Under the pieces are notes generated by a model, which made no database searches, was not told the origin of the DNA, and was given only the letters and a program-made list of their open reading frames with translations. Positions 1-10,352 of a stretch of 64,000 nt of DNA are shown here, one piece after another. The DNA lies in assembly GCA_039811685.1 (NCBI GenBank), contig JBDHZC010000001.1, positions 1-64,000 of the forward strand, read 5' to 3'. The stretch is from Armatimonadota bacterium (GTDB taxonomy: Bacteria > Armatimonadota > UBA5829 > DSUL01). Position 1 is the first letter of the stretch. Each line of letters begins with the position of its first letter. Position numbers and translations under genes: made by a program.

Positions 1-2522
1 GAGCTGGAGGAGGTCGCAGGCGCTGTCACCACAGGTGTGGCCGGCTTCGTCGCGTCACCACTCGTCGGAACGAACTTGTAGTAGCTGGTCGTGGTGAACT
101 CGTTCTCACCGTCAGGCGGGGAGTATGTGCGCACCAGCTCCGTTGAGTTGTCCGTTACCCAAAGGTTGCCCGCAGGGTCGAACGCGACGCCACGAGGCGT
201 TCCTTGTGGTATGGCTTTGCCGACGATACCTTGCAGATTGTCGGTACCAGTATTGGCGACTAGTGACCAGGTGTTCCCACCGTTGATAGTCCGCAGAACG
301 GTGCCGCCGTCTCCTACCGCTACGCCTGTCTGATTGTCTTTGAACCAGACGGAGCGCAGAGTCTTGGTAGTTCCGGAAGTCTGCGCTGTCCAGTTGCTTC
401 CGTCAGAAGTATGAACGATGGTCCCGTTTGCGCCAACCGCCCACGCATCGGTGGTTGTTGTCGCATACACACCGTACAGATTCTGGGTAGTACCGCTGGA
501 GCCTGCGGGTGTCCACGTCGTGCCGCCGTCAGTTGTTCGCAGAATGGTTCCTGCATCACCGACGATTACACCCGTGGTTGTCTGAACGCTGATCGCGAAG
601 ATCAGCATACTGATGCCGTTCAGATTTTGTGTGGTGCCTGACGACTGCTGTGTCCACTGGGTTGGAGTATCCACGTTACTGGCGTCCAGGCGCTGTAGAA
701 TTGTGCCTCCATCGCCTACTGCATACAGGTCATAGGAGGGGCCGACAAAGCTGGACACTCGTCGCGCAATGGCGTTAAGTTTGACACTGGAAACCGGTGA
801 TTCCGCTTCCCAGGCGCCGGTAGTATTCTTGACGATAGTGCCATTGTTACCAACAGCCCAACCGTGAACAACAGGTGGGTTGGTGGAGTTCCAGATAGCT
901 ACGACACCGTTGAGATTCTCCGTAGTTGGAGAAGTCGCCTGCCCCCAGGTCGGAGTGGGTCCGTGGGTATATTGGAAGATATTTCCGCCGTTACCGACAG
1001 CCCAGCCGTTGTACATGGGCGCAGTTGTTGCCGCAATCGTATCAATATCCACGTCATTGAGTTGGATACCGGCTGCGGGAGCTGCCTGGGTCGAGAACGA
1101 TGTCCCGATGTTGTTCGAGTACAGCAGTTTGCTATTGGCGCCGGCCGCCCAGAGCGCCGCGCCTCCGCCCACCTGAACCAGCGTGGACTTGTCCAACGAC
1201 TTGCTGAATACGTTGACATATCCCGAGATGCTGGAGCTGGCGATACGGCTACGGGAGTCGTCAATCGCTATACCGCTTTGATTGTTGCGCAGCGGGTCGG
1301 GCGATCCCCAGGAACCAAGCGATCCCCATATCGGAGCATAGTTGTTCCCTGCATTTGCATCGGGAGGAAGTTTACTCAGGCTAGAGTTATCTGTACCATT
1401 AGAGCGATTCTGGGAGATGTACCAGTTTCCTTCGGCATCCCGGATCAAGTCGCAGTGGTAGTTGATAATCCGGCTGGAGTAGTAGTCATTCCAGAAAATG
1501 GTCGGCGCCTGGGTGTAAGGTTGGTCCAGCGCGCCTATGTTGTATTTCCAGATGCTGCCAAGACTGCGCAGGTTGGCCGTGTCGTTCGGGGTTGCACACA
1601 GCAGGTCTTCGTCAACTGTGTACAACGTCCTGTTCAAGCCCTTGCCCACAACGAGACCACTCGATGAGCTACCGTGGATGGCAACCGGGTAGGTGACGTT
1701 GTTGAACGTATAGGGCGTGCCCACGACCGTTCCGGAAGGCGCCGCCGGGCCAGCCAACAAAGCTGGCCAACTGCCACTGAGGTCTCCCGGCGCCACAAAG
1801 ACGTTGCCAGCTTCGTTGGCGTCAGTCCAGTCGAACATGTAGAGCTTGCTGTCAGGGCCGACGACGGCGTGATACGGAGCAAAGCTTGAATTAGCCCACG
1901 CAATCCCACCATCGCGCGCGGTATCTCCCTGGCCGACGGCGTCAGAGTAGTCGGGCCATACACCATAGATTCCGTGCGTCAGAGTTCTCTGCGGATTGGG
2001 CGGCGCGGTTGTCGCTCCTGCAAGCGAATTGTTAATGTAGGCCATCCCGAAAAACTTGCTGCCGGGATTGCGGTTAACGCTTACAGAACGCGCATGGTAG
2101 TACTTCGCAGTCTGGAGATTGTCGTCCGAGATTTTCGTCCACGTTCCATACCCCGTGGCTTTCGCATAGACTTTGAAGTAATACTGAATGTTAGTCGGAA
2201 CCAGAACATTTGAGTCGTTCTTTAGATCCCACGAGTACGTGTTGAGTCCAGCAGGCTTTGCGCCCAGGTTGACAGACCGGACAAGGGCGTTAGTGTCCGC
2301 CCGGTAGATGTCGATGCGCACTGCCTGGTCCGCTGTCTCATTCAAGCGAAATGAGAGATCGACAGAAGCGTTTGGTTGAGTGGCGTCCACGGCGGGAGCG
2401 CTAAATCGCAGGTCTGTAGCAAAGACATTTGCGCCTGCCGGTGTTCCCAGCAAGCCTATCGCTACAGCACACGACAACAGCGTCCCGACCGGTACGACCC
2501 ACGCACACAGCCGAGGTTTCAT
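1..2522 (-). CDS. Large secreted protein (partial, runs off left edge): signal peptide, FlgD-Ig-like domain, beta-propeller, Ycf48-like repeats
   Basis: Not in the ORF track because it has no stop in the window. ATG at 2522 with RBS AGAGGAGG upstream; my translation stays open to position 1: MKPRLCAWVVPVGTLLSCAVAIGLLGTPAGANVFATDLRF..., FlgD-like GLNTYSWDLKND, repeated GWAVGxxGTI / SGTTQNL units. Confidence 0.85.
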   Translation of the reverse strand, partial: MKPRLCAWVVPVGTLLSCAVAIGLLGTPAGANVFATDLRFSAPAVDATQPNASVDLSFRLNETADQAVRIDIYRADTNALVRSVNLGAKPAGLNTYSWDLKNDSNVLVPTNIQYYFKVYAKATGYGTWTKISDDNLQTAKYYHARSVSVNRNPGSKFFGMAYINNSLAGATTAPPNPQRTLTHGIYGVWPDYSDAVGQGDTARDGGIAWANSSFAPYHAVVGPDSKLYMFDWTDANEAGNVFVAPGDLSGSWPALLAGPAAPSGTVVGTPYTFNNVTYPVAIHGSSSSGLVVGKGLNRTLYTVDEDLLCATPNDTANLRSLGSIWKYNIGALDQPYTQAPTIFWNDYYSSRIINYHCDLIRDAEGNWYISQNRSNGTDNSSLSKLPPDANAGNNYAPIWGSLGSWGSPDPLRNNQSGIAIDDSRSRIASSSISGYVNVFSKSLDKSTLVQVGGGAALWAAGANSKLLYSNNIGTSFSTQAAPAAGIQLNDVDIDTIAATTAPMYNGWAVGNGGNIFQYTHGPTPTWGQATSPTTENLNGVVAIWNSTNPPVVHGWAVGNNGTIVKNTTGAWEAESPVSSVKLNAIARRVSSFVGPSYDLYAVGDGGTILQRLDASNVDTPTQWTQQSSGTTQNLNGISMLIFAISVQTTTGVIVGDAGTILRTTDGGTTWTPAGSSGTTQNLYGVYATTTTDAWAVGANGTIVHTSDGSNWTAQTSGTTKTLRSVWFKDNQTGVAVGDGGTVLRTINGGNTWSLVANTGTDNLQGIVGKAIPQGTPRGVAFDPAGNLWVTDNSTELVRTYSPPDGENEFTTTSYYKFVPTSGDATKPATPVVTAPATSSS

Positions 2523-2680
2523 TGATGTTGCCTCCTCTTATGACAGTAAAGAGCTAGAATCGCGCGGCTTCATCGGCGGCCATTCAAGGCCACGGCCGCT
2601 CGTGTACCAATCTAAGCCGAAGGTCCAGACGTCCTGCGGCGATTGTGGCACGCCCACGAGCAGACGATACACGTGCAATA

Positions 2681-2709
2681 ACTAAACCCCGTAATCCGCT
2701 CTGTGTCAA
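2681..2709 (-). promoter_or_regulatory. Putative sigma70 promoter for the left-edge gene
   Basis: Minus strand TTGACA-N17-TTTAGT; perfect -35, weak -10. Confidence 0.4.
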
Positions 2710-2878
2710 TCCGTACTTTTGACAGTTCAGTAACCGGTTACGCCGCGCTCTGCTTGATTGTTCCTCAGATTCTGTGCGCTTAACGATGGTCTGCGAACAT
2801 TTCGCAAATTTTCTCTTCCGTCGCAAAGCCCGCATGTGGCTCGATTGTCACACGTATTCTACTAAGCAAACAGAAGAG

Positions 2879-4162
2879 CTATTCAGCCGCAGAAGAGCGT
2901 CCGCGGGCGTCTCTGGAAGTGCGGAGCGCTCGGACAGTGCTGCGCAATGTGGCCAGTGCCGCTTGTGACGCTCGCAGCTTTACCGTCAATCTGTCACCCA
3001 GAAAGAGATTCTTCTCAGCGCGTGTATGATCTGCCGTCGAAACCCCGATCCAGACCAGCCCCACCGGCTTTTCCGCGGTGCCGCCCGAGGGGCCGGCGAT
3101 TCCCGTGTCAGAAATGGCGATATCAGCGCCCGATCGCAAGCGCGCGCCCTCTGCCATGGCAATGGCGACCTGTTCGCTCACCGCGCCGTACCGCTCAATC
3201 ATCTCTCGTGGAACGCTCAGGACATCGCTTTTTGCCTCGTTCGAATAACAGACAAGTCCTTCAAGAAATGTTTCAGAACTTCCAGGAACGTCCGTGAGAC
3301 GAGAAGCGATCAGCCCGCCCGTGCACGACTCAGCCGTTGCGATCTTCACCCCGCCGTCAATACACTCCCGGATCGTGACCGACTCGAGCGTCTCGTCGTC
3401 AATCCCGTAGATGAACTCCCCCACGCGCTTGCGAAGCTCGTCTTCCTTGCTCGCAATCATCGCCATTGCCGCAATTTCGTCTTCGGCCTTGGCCGTGATT
3501 CGCAGATGGACCTCCCCAGTCTTGGCGTAGGGTGCGACGGTCGGATTTGAATCCTGAATAAGGTCTTGAACCTGCGGCTCGAGAAGAGACTCACCAATCC
3601 CGACAAATCGAAGCGTCCGGGAGCGGATGACCTCCGCAGCGACGAATCCCCGCCGCTCCAACCACCCGACCGCCTCATTGGTCCACATTGGTTCTAGTTC
3701 GTTTGGAGGCCCAGGGAGGCAGACGACGGCCTTGTTCCCGAGATCAAAGACGCATCCTGGGGCAGTTCCATTTGGGTTTGGAAGCGCCACGCCCCTGGAT
3801 GGCTTCAGTGTTTGCTTCAGGTTGTTGTCACTGAAAGCAATGCCGCGCGTCTGGAAGAACGCTTTGAGCGCAAGCTCTGCCTCAGCGTCCGCTATAAGAT
3901 CGATCTGTGTTACCTGAGCTGCTGTTTCTTTCGTGATGTCGTCTTCAGTGGGGCCCAGCCCGCCGATAGTTACAACGAGGTCTGATCTGTCCAGCGCCCT
4001 GCGACAGACCTCAGCCAGACGCTTTTTGTTGTCGCCCACAGTGCTTCTGTACAGAACATCAATCCCGCGACCGGCCATGTCCCGCGACAGAAACGCCGCA
4101 TTTGTATCCACAATCTGCCCGAGCAGCAGCTCCGTACCTACGGAAAGTATTTCAGCGCGCAA
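2879..4162 (-). CDS. cinA: Competence/damage-inducible protein CinA (MoCF-like domain + PncC domain)
   Basis: N-terminal VGTELLLGQIVDTN, GGLGPTEDDIT, LPGPP; C-terminal AESCTGG, GAVSE, TGIAGP. Confidence 0.95.
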   Translation of the reverse strand: MRAEILSVGTELLLGQIVDTNAAFLSRDMAGRGIDVLYRSTVGDNKKRLAEVCRRALDRSDLVVTIGGLGPTEDDITKETAAQVTQIDLIADAEAELALKAFFQTRGIAFSDNNLKQTLKPSRGVALPNPNGTAPGCVFDLGNKAVVCLPGPPNELEPMWTNEAVGWLERRGFVAAEVIRSRTLRFVGIGESLLEPQVQDLIQDSNPTVAPYAKTGEVHLRITAKAEDEIAAMAMIASKEDELRKRVGEFIYGIDDETLESVTIRECIDGGVKIATAESCTGGLIASRLTDVPGSSETFLEGLVCYSNEAKSDVLSVPREMIERYGAVSEQVAIAMAEGARLRSGADIAISDTGIAGPSGGTAEKPVGLVWIGVSTADHTRAEKNLFLGDRLTVKLRASQAALATLRSTVRALRTSRDARGRSSAAE

Positions 4163-4296
4163 AGTTCGTGTCTCCCTTCACACAGTATATTTCCCGCTTC
4201 GGCTTCACTGCATCCGTCTGAGTCACGTTTGAGGAGTCGGTGAGAGGATTGCAAAGGCTGGAGAGGGAACTTCGAGTCCGAGGAAAGGATCGCCAC

Positions 4297-5133
4297 ATGA
4301 GCTATGCGTACAAAGTCAAGCCGGGTGACAAAGTCCGTCTGAGCAGCTTCGACCCGAAAGAACACGCGGGATTGTCCAAAGACAAAGCTAAAGACTTGAC
4401 GGAGGATCTGGGGACAGAAATGGCGAGTCTGCAGGAGTTGCTGTTCGCTGCCGGGCAGACGTCTCTACTCATCGTGCTGCAGGGCCTGGATACCAGCGGC
4501 AAAGACGGGGCAATCCGAAGTATTCTCACGTACGCCAATGTCCAGTCCTGCCGGGTTATCCCTTTCAAAGTACCTACCAGCGAGGAGCTTGCTCACGATT
4601 TTCTCTGGCGGGTGCACAGGGAGACACCGCGCAGCGGTGCTGTCAGCATCTTTAACCGCTCGCACTACGAGGACGTGCTCATTGTCCGCGTGCACAATCT
4701 TGTGCCCAAACAAACCTGGGAACAGCGCTACCAGCAGATAAATCAGTTCGAGCAACTGCTGATCTCCAGTGGCGTTCTTATCCTGAAGTTTTTTCTTCAC
4801 ATCAGCAAAGAAGAGCAGCGCGAGCGTTTGCTGGAGCGCGAAAAGGACCCAACCAAAGCATGGAAGCTAGCAGTGGCAGACTGGAAGGAGCGGGAGCACT
4901 GGGACAGCTATATGGACGCATACGAAGATGCGCTCACACGCTGCACGACGCGCGAAGCGCCCTGGCATATTGTCCCCTCGGACCACAAATGGTTCCGGAA
5001 TCTGGCTATTACTCAGTGTATTGTAGAGTCGCTGCGCCCGTTCAAAGATGAGTGGATGAAGCATCTTGAAAAGATGGGCGTCGAGGCGAAAAAAGAGCTT
5101 CAGAAGTATCGCAACGGTGAGACAGGGAACTGA
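4297..5133 (+). CDS. ppk2: Polyphosphate kinase 2 family protein (probably class III)
   Basis: Walker A GLDTSGKDG, HDFLWR, FNRSHYEDV, APWHIVPSDHKW; start moved to ATG 4297 after AGGAAAGGA. Confidence 0.92.
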   Translation: MSYAYKVKPGDKVRLSSFDPKEHAGLSKDKAKDLTEDLGTEMASLQELLFAAGQTSLLIVLQGLDTSGKDGAIRSILTYANVQSCRVIPFKVPTSEELAHDFLWRVHRETPRSGAVSIFNRSHYEDVLIVRVHNLVPKQTWEQRYQQINQFEQLLISSGVLILKFFLHISKEEQRERLLEREKDPTKAWKLAVADWKEREHWDSYMDAYEDALTRCTTREAPWHIVPSDHKWFRNLAITQCIVESLRPFKDEWMKHLEKMGVEAKKELQKYRNGETGN

Positions 5134-5368
5134 AATGTGGCCCGCTCGAACTCACAGAAAGCAGACTCATCCTGCGAAAGCCTACGCAGGACTGCTCGCG
5201 CAGCCGGTACGCGGGTTTCTGCAGATACGTGCGTTGTTGTGAGGCAAGTCGGGTGAGTACTGGGCTATATTCAGACGTCTCGCTCTCCAGTGCAAAAACG
5301 CCGGGGCGAGACCCCGTTTCCGGCTGGGAAATACGCTTCTATCAAGCAAAGGAGTTACGAAGTTAGGC

Positions 5369-6214
5369 ATGGCGAACTCTCGCCCAACTATCTCTTGGCT
5401 GCCCGTCCGTCTCTTCGAGGCAGTGCTTGTCGATCGCTCGGTGTCCGTCGAGGATTGGCTGCGCAAAGCCTCCGATTTTGGCCTGGCAGCCGTTGAAATG
5501 TACAACGCTTTTTTACAGAACGGAGGGCGCAGCACGGTTGAGGATACCAGACTGCTGCTGGACCGCCTCGGCCTGAAAGTGTCTATGGTTACCTGTTCTC
5601 CAGATTTGACTCATCCAGACATCGAGGCGCGCAGAAAAGAGCTGGCGTCTATGGAGCGAGCCATACAGAATGCCGCGACGCTCGGAGCAAAGGCCGTGCG
5701 GTGCACCACGGGGCAGGCTTATCCAGGACTGAGCGAGGAAGACGGCCTCCAGATCGTCTCGGATGCGCTGTTGCGCCTGGCTGAATATGCCAGGCCCCTG
5801 GATGTCAAGATCGCTCTGGAGAATCACTACCGGGACAGGATGTGCATGGAGCTTCCGGACTTTGCACACAAGCTGGACGTCTGGATGAAGCTCTTTGATC
5901 GGATCAACGACTCTGCGGTAATGGTCAATCTGGATGCGTCAAACCCGGCGATGGTGGGGGAGAGCGCTCTTGATCTGATTCCTGTAGTAGGAAGCAAAAT
6001 GGTGAGCATGCATGCCAGTGACCGCAAGATAGGAACATACCCACACACCGTCATTGGGGAAGGCGATGTCGATTACGATGGGATATTCGGCGCACTATCT
6101 GAAATCGGCTACTCGGGATGGGTCAGCATCGAGGATGGACAACCGGACGGAGATGCAGGTTTCCAGAGGAGTCTCGACAACGTGCGGCATCTGATTGCGA
6201 AGTACTGGAACTAA
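5369..6214 (+). CDS. Sugar phosphate isomerase/epimerase (xylose isomerase-like TIM barrel)
   Basis: Metal-binding motifs ALENH, NLDASN, HASD, GEGDVD, SIE; RBS AAGGAG. Confidence 0.85.
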   Translation: MANSRPTISWLPVRLFEAVLVDRSVSVEDWLRKASDFGLAAVEMYNAFLQNGGRSTVEDTRLLLDRLGLKVSMVTCSPDLTHPDIEARRKELASMERAIQNAATLGAKAVRCTTGQAYPGLSEEDGLQIVSDALLRLAEYARPLDVKIALENHYRDRMCMELPDFAHKLDVWMKLFDRINDSAVMVNLDASNPAMVGESALDLIPVVGSKMVSMHASDRKIGTYPHTVIGEGDVDYDGIFGALSEIGYSGWVSIEDGQPDGDAGFQRSLDNVRHLIAKYWN

Positions 6215-6219
6215 CGGCT

Positions 6220-7341
6220 ATGCCAGGCGCCGTAATTGAAGGTCGTCCGCCGAGTGTGTACGTGGGCGCGACACGCCAGAATGACGGAAAGACCATCACT
6301 TCGCTGGGATTGATTGCGGCGCTCAAGAAGCGCATGGGCAGCGTCGGTTACATCAAGCCGGTCGGACAGAGATATGTGGATGTCCAGGGACATAGGATAG
6401 ACGAGGATGCGCTGCTGGTTCAGCAGTCCTACCACCTTGGGGACAGCCTGCCGGATATGTCTCCAATCGCGATTCCGAGAGGCTTCACGGAAGACTATAT
6501 CCTTCATCCGGACAGAGAGAAGCTGGCGGAAGACGTCGTCGCTTCGTACAACAGAATTGCCGCAGAAAGCGATATTGTCGTTGTCGAGGGCACGGGGCAT
6601 GCGGGTGTGGGGTCCGTCTTTGACATGTCGAACGCCGACGTTGCCGAGTTGCTGGGCATCAAAGTTCTGCTGGTGTCTTCAGGCGGAATAGGTCGTCCTA
6701 TTGACGAGATTATGCTCAACAAGGCGCTCTTTGACGCAAGAGGCGTTGAGATCATCGGCGTCATTATCAACAAGGTCGAAGCGGAGAAGTACGAAAAGGT
6801 CAATCGCGTGGTCCGGCTCGGTCTGCAGAGGCTCGGTCTTGAGTGCGTTGGCGTGATGCCCTATCAGAAGTTGCTTTCCAGCCCGACTATGGAGCAGGTG
6901 CTGGAAGACACGGGCGGCAAGCTGATCTCGGGGCGTTCCGGACTCAAGAACACTGTGACGCGAATGGTGATCGGGGCTATGCAGCCGCATGAAGCCTTGA
7001 CATACTTTTCCCGCGGAGTGCTGCTCATCACTCCCGGTACGCGCGAAGATCTCGTATTGGCTGCTATGAGCTCGTGTGTCGCCGGAATCGCAAAGCGCAA
7101 TTGCGTCAGCGGAATCATCATTACCGGGGGTACAGAGCCTCACACCAACATTCTGGAACTCATCCAACGCACGTTTATACCAGTCATTTCTGTCCCCGAG
7201 GATACCTTCGCCGTTGCCAGCCGCGTCAACAAACTGTCCGTAAAGATTCGCCCCGGAGACTCTGACAAAATCCGCGCGACGGAAGACCTGTTTGCTGAAT
7301 ACATTGATGTGGACAGAATTCTGGAGAAGATCGCTCAATGA
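6220..7341 (+). CDS. Stand-alone phosphotransacetylase N-terminal-like protein (BioD-like P-loop + DRTGG domain)
   Basis: NDGKT P-loop, GYIKPVG, VVVEG, ITPGTREDL, GIIITGG; no catalytic PTA domain. Confidence 0.8.
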   Translation: MPGAVIEGRPPSVYVGATRQNDGKTITSLGLIAALKKRMGSVGYIKPVGQRYVDVQGHRIDEDALLVQQSYHLGDSLPDMSPIAIPRGFTEDYILHPDREKLAEDVVASYNRIAAESDIVVVEGTGHAGVGSVFDMSNADVAELLGIKVLLVSSGGIGRPIDEIMLNKALFDARGVEIIGVIINKVEAEKYEKVNRVVRLGLQRLGLECVGVMPYQKLLSSPTMEQVLEDTGGKLISGRSGLKNTVTRMVIGAMQPHEALTYFSRGVLLITPGTREDLVLAAMSSCVAGIAKRNCVSGIIITGGTEPHTNILELIQRTFIPVISVPEDTFAVASRVNKLSVKIRPGDSDKIRATEDLFAEYIDVDRILEKIAQ

Positions 7342-7381
7342 ATCCCAGCGTGCGCTGCTCGCCTCAAAGCATCCATCGCCC

Positions 7382-8749
7382 TTGAACTACGAAGACTCGG
7401 TCCAGTGGCTGTCGGGTCTGAGGCGCTTCGGTATCAAGCTCGGATTGGAGCGCTTTCAGAAATTACTCCGCGTAGCCGGCGATCCGCACCTAGCGTTCAA
7501 GAGCGTCCATGTCGCCGGAACAAATGGTAAAGGCTCTGTCACCAGCATGGTCGCCGAAGGCGCTCAGGCGTCGGGCTTGAAAACCGGACGCTACCTTTCT
7601 CCGTACGTCTTTGACATCAGAGAGCGCGTTCAGATCAACGGCGAAATGATACCGCGCAGGGAATTTGCGACGCTGGCGACCGAAGCCCAATCTATCATCG
7701 AGTCTGTACCGGATGGCGAGTTTGGTGAGACCACAGAATTTGAAGCCAAGACCCTGATTGGCTTTCTGTATTTCGCGCGCGAAAATGTCGATGTGGCCTG
7801 CATCGAGGTCGGCCTTGGCGGCCGGCTGGATGCGACAAACGTCATTGTACCAATGGTCAGCGTGATCACCAGCATATCCTACGACCACATGGACCGTTTG
7901 GGAGACACCCTCGCGCAGATAGCGTCTGAGAAGGCTGGCATAATCAAGCAGGGCGTCCCGGTAGTTTCGGGAGTCACGGACCTCGAACCCGCCTCCGTAA
8001 TCCGGCGTATTGCCGATGAGCGCAAAGCGCCTCTGACAAGCGTCGAGTCTTACGGCGCATTCGCTTCCATATTCAGGCCTTCAGACAGGATTTATTACTA
8101 CAAGCCTTCGTCCGACAGCCCTGTCACCCTCATCAGAGGCGCGTGGGAGCTCGCGGGGCTGCGAATGCGTCTGCAGGGGGATTTTCAGGCGTCCAATGCT
8201 GGGTGCGCGGCGGGCGCGCTGTTGCTTCTTCGCCAGCAGAGACTGCCCGTTTCTGACGAGGCGATCAAGACAGGGATTGAACGGGCCTGGCTGCCGGGGC
8301 GACTGCAGATTCTCTCAGATTCTCCCCTCGTTATCGCGGATGGAGCTCACAATCCCGCAGGCGCTCAGGTGCTGGCGCAGTATCTGGGGCAGAGGCTGGA
8401 AGGCCGCAGGTTAACGCTCGTTTTCGCGATGACCAAGCCTCACAAACCGGCTGAGTTCCTCACGCCGCTCCTGCCTTTCATTCGAGAGATCGTTGTGACC
8501 ACAGTATCCACTCCGAATGCCTGGTCTGTTGAGGAGCTTGCTGCAGAGCTTGCAGACCTGGCGTTAGAGCCAAAACTGGAAGTTGACCCTGCAGAAGCTA
8601 TCCGGTATGCTCTCGAGTCCGCCGGTTCTGATGAGGCTGTCTGTATCACGGGATCGTTCTTTCTGGTGGGCGCAATCCCACAGAGACAACGAGGAAACTT
8701 GGATATAATGGCAAAAGATAACGCAGCGGACGACTGTCTGGCTAATTGA
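7382..8749 (+). CDS. folC: Folylpolyglutamate synthase/dihydrofolate synthase
   Basis: HVAGTNGKGS, EVGLGGRLDATN, EKAGIIK, WLPGRL, DGAHNP, TGSF; likely TTG start giving MNYEDSVQWL. Confidence 0.95.
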   Translation: MNYEDSVQWLSGLRRFGIKLGLERFQKLLRVAGDPHLAFKSVHVAGTNGKGSVTSMVAEGAQASGLKTGRYLSPYVFDIRERVQINGEMIPRREFATLATEAQSIIESVPDGEFGETTEFEAKTLIGFLYFARENVDVACIEVGLGGRLDATNVIVPMVSVITSISYDHMDRLGDTLAQIASEKAGIIKQGVPVVSGVTDLEPASVIRRIADERKAPLTSVESYGAFASIFRPSDRIYYYKPSSDSPVTLIRGAWELAGLRMRLQGDFQASNAGCAAGALLLLRQQRLPVSDEAIKTGIERAWLPGRLQILSDSPLVIADGAHNPAGAQVLAQYLGQRLEGRRLTLVFAMTKPHKPAEFLTPLLPFIREIVVTTVSTPNAWSVEELAAELADLALEPKLEVDPAEAIRYALESAGSDEAVCITGSFFLVGAIPQRQRGNLDIMAKDNAADDCLAN

Positions 8750-8843
8750 CTGTCAACTGCACATTTCGCCAGGTTGTGCGGGTAACATTCCGAAATACTG
8801 TATTGCCGCTGGGGCTGAGAACAAGAGCGAGGAGTCGAGTGCG

Positions 8844-10313
8844 ATGAAGATTCATTTCCCTTTTTCCCGGTTGCTGTCTTATACGCCGGTTTTGATGGCC
8901 GGTTTCCTGTTAGCTTTCTCGCCACAGGTTAGCGCAGCCCCTGGAGACGAGGCTATCAAGACTGCCGTTGCGCAGTTCAACAAGGGTCAGAATGCGGATG
9001 CTCTAGCAACCCTTGAAGCCGCCAAAGCGGCAGCGCCGGACAACGCTCTGTTGTATGGCTGGATTGGCTATATTTACCTGAAGGACAACCAACCACAACA
9101 AGCTGTAGTTCCTCTTGAGCGCGCCATCGAGCTGGACCCGAAAAATCCTGATGCCCTGCGAAATCTGGGCAATGCCTACATGGCTACAGGGCAGACCGCC
9201 AAGTCCGAGAAAGTTTTTCAGACGCTTACAGAAGTATCTCCACGCTCTGCGCAGGCCTTTTACAGCCTGGGAAATGCCGCGCTGAAGCAGAAGAAGTACG
9301 CCGAAGCGGCGAAGGCATACAGAAAGTCGGTGGAGATAGAGCCGGCTGATGCCAAAGTCCAGAACAATCTGGGTATTGCGCTCCAGAACTCCGGCGACGT
9401 CACCGGATCTATTGAAGCTTATCAGAAGGCGGCCAAGACTGAGCCGGATCACGCGACCTACTGGTCCAACCTCGGTCTGGCTCAGAAGCAGGCTGGACAG
9501 CAGGCAGCGGCTGCCGCTTCGCTCCAGAAAGCCGCGGACCTGGAGAAAAACGACTACGCCGCACAGATGGGACTGGCCGAACTCTACGCGAAGCAGGGGA
9601 ATGACGACAAGGCAATCGCTGCGCTGCGCGAAGCCCAGCGGATTCGCCCGAATGAGTATCTACCCAACCTGAATCTCGGAGTGCTTCTTGCCCGGCGTGG
9701 ACAGACGGATGAAGCTGAGCAGGCCTATCTGCGCGCTCTCAGAGCGAAACCGGGGGATGCTGAGGCCGAGAACAATCTGGGATATCTCTACTTCACGCAG
9801 AAAAAATATGCGCTGGCGCAAAACCATTTTGATGCGGCGCTCAAGGCCGATCCTAACATGCTGGTTGCCAGACAGAACCTCGCCGCGACTTTTCAGCAGT
9901 CCGGCCAGATTGACAAGGCTGTGAGCGAGTGGGAGGAGCTTGTCAAGCGCGACCCCTCCAATCGAACGGCTATGCTTGCTCTTGGGAATCTCTACGTGCG
10001 AAAGCGCAATTTCGCCCTTGCAGAAGCCACCTACAAGTCGGCTATCGCGGGTCAGAAGGACGATGTGCCTGCGCTGATTGGGCTTGGCCTGGTGTATGAA
10101 AGGACAAATCGGCTGCCGGATGCTGAGCGGCAGCTCCGCAGCGCCCTGGTGCTCGACCCCAAGTCGCCAACTGCGCTAAACAACCTTGGTGCCGTGTTGG
10201 AGCGAGAGGGCAAGCGTAACGAAGCTATCGAGTTCTATCGCAAAGCGTTGGCGTCCGATCCTAACCATGCGGATGCCAAGGCTAATCTGGCTCGGCTGCA
10301 AGTTTCGCAGTAA
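8844..10313 (+). CDS. Exported tetratricopeptide repeat protein
   Basis: Signal peptide followed by many 34-aa TPR units (NLGxxY/L ... A..LDP). Confidence 0.9.
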   Translation: MKIHFPFSRLLSYTPVLMAGFLLAFSPQVSAAPGDEAIKTAVAQFNKGQNADALATLEAAKAAAPDNALLYGWIGYIYLKDNQPQQAVVPLERAIELDPKNPDALRNLGNAYMATGQTAKSEKVFQTLTEVSPRSAQAFYSLGNAALKQKKYAEAAKAYRKSVEIEPADAKVQNNLGIALQNSGDVTGSIEAYQKAAKTEPDHATYWSNLGLAQKQAGQQAAAAASLQKAADLEKNDYAAQMGLAELYAKQGNDDKAIAALREAQRIRPNEYLPNLNLGVLLARRGQTDEAEQAYLRALRAKPGDAEAENNLGYLYFTQKKYALAQNHFDAALKADPNMLVARQNLAATFQQSGQIDKAVSEWEELVKRDPSNRTAMLALGNLYVRKRNFALAEATYKSAIAGQKDDVPALIGLGLVYERTNRLPDAERQLRSALVLDPKSPTALNNLGAVLEREGKRNEAIEFYRKALASDPNHADAKANLARLQVSQ

Positions 10314-10352
10314 AGATTTGGTTGCACGGCGCTCGGGCGTGCCGGGAGCAGG

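Noticed and set aside
864..1667. 267-aa + strand ORF and other small ORFs in 1-2700
   Set aside because: Antisense shadows of the real minus-strand gene 2522..<1; no recognisable motifs.
5250..5335. yybP-ykoY-like fragments (GAGTA...GCGAGACC) upstream of the sugar isomerase
   Set aside because: The other conserved elements are missing and the match is explained by a simple GTCTCGC/GCGAGAC hairpin.
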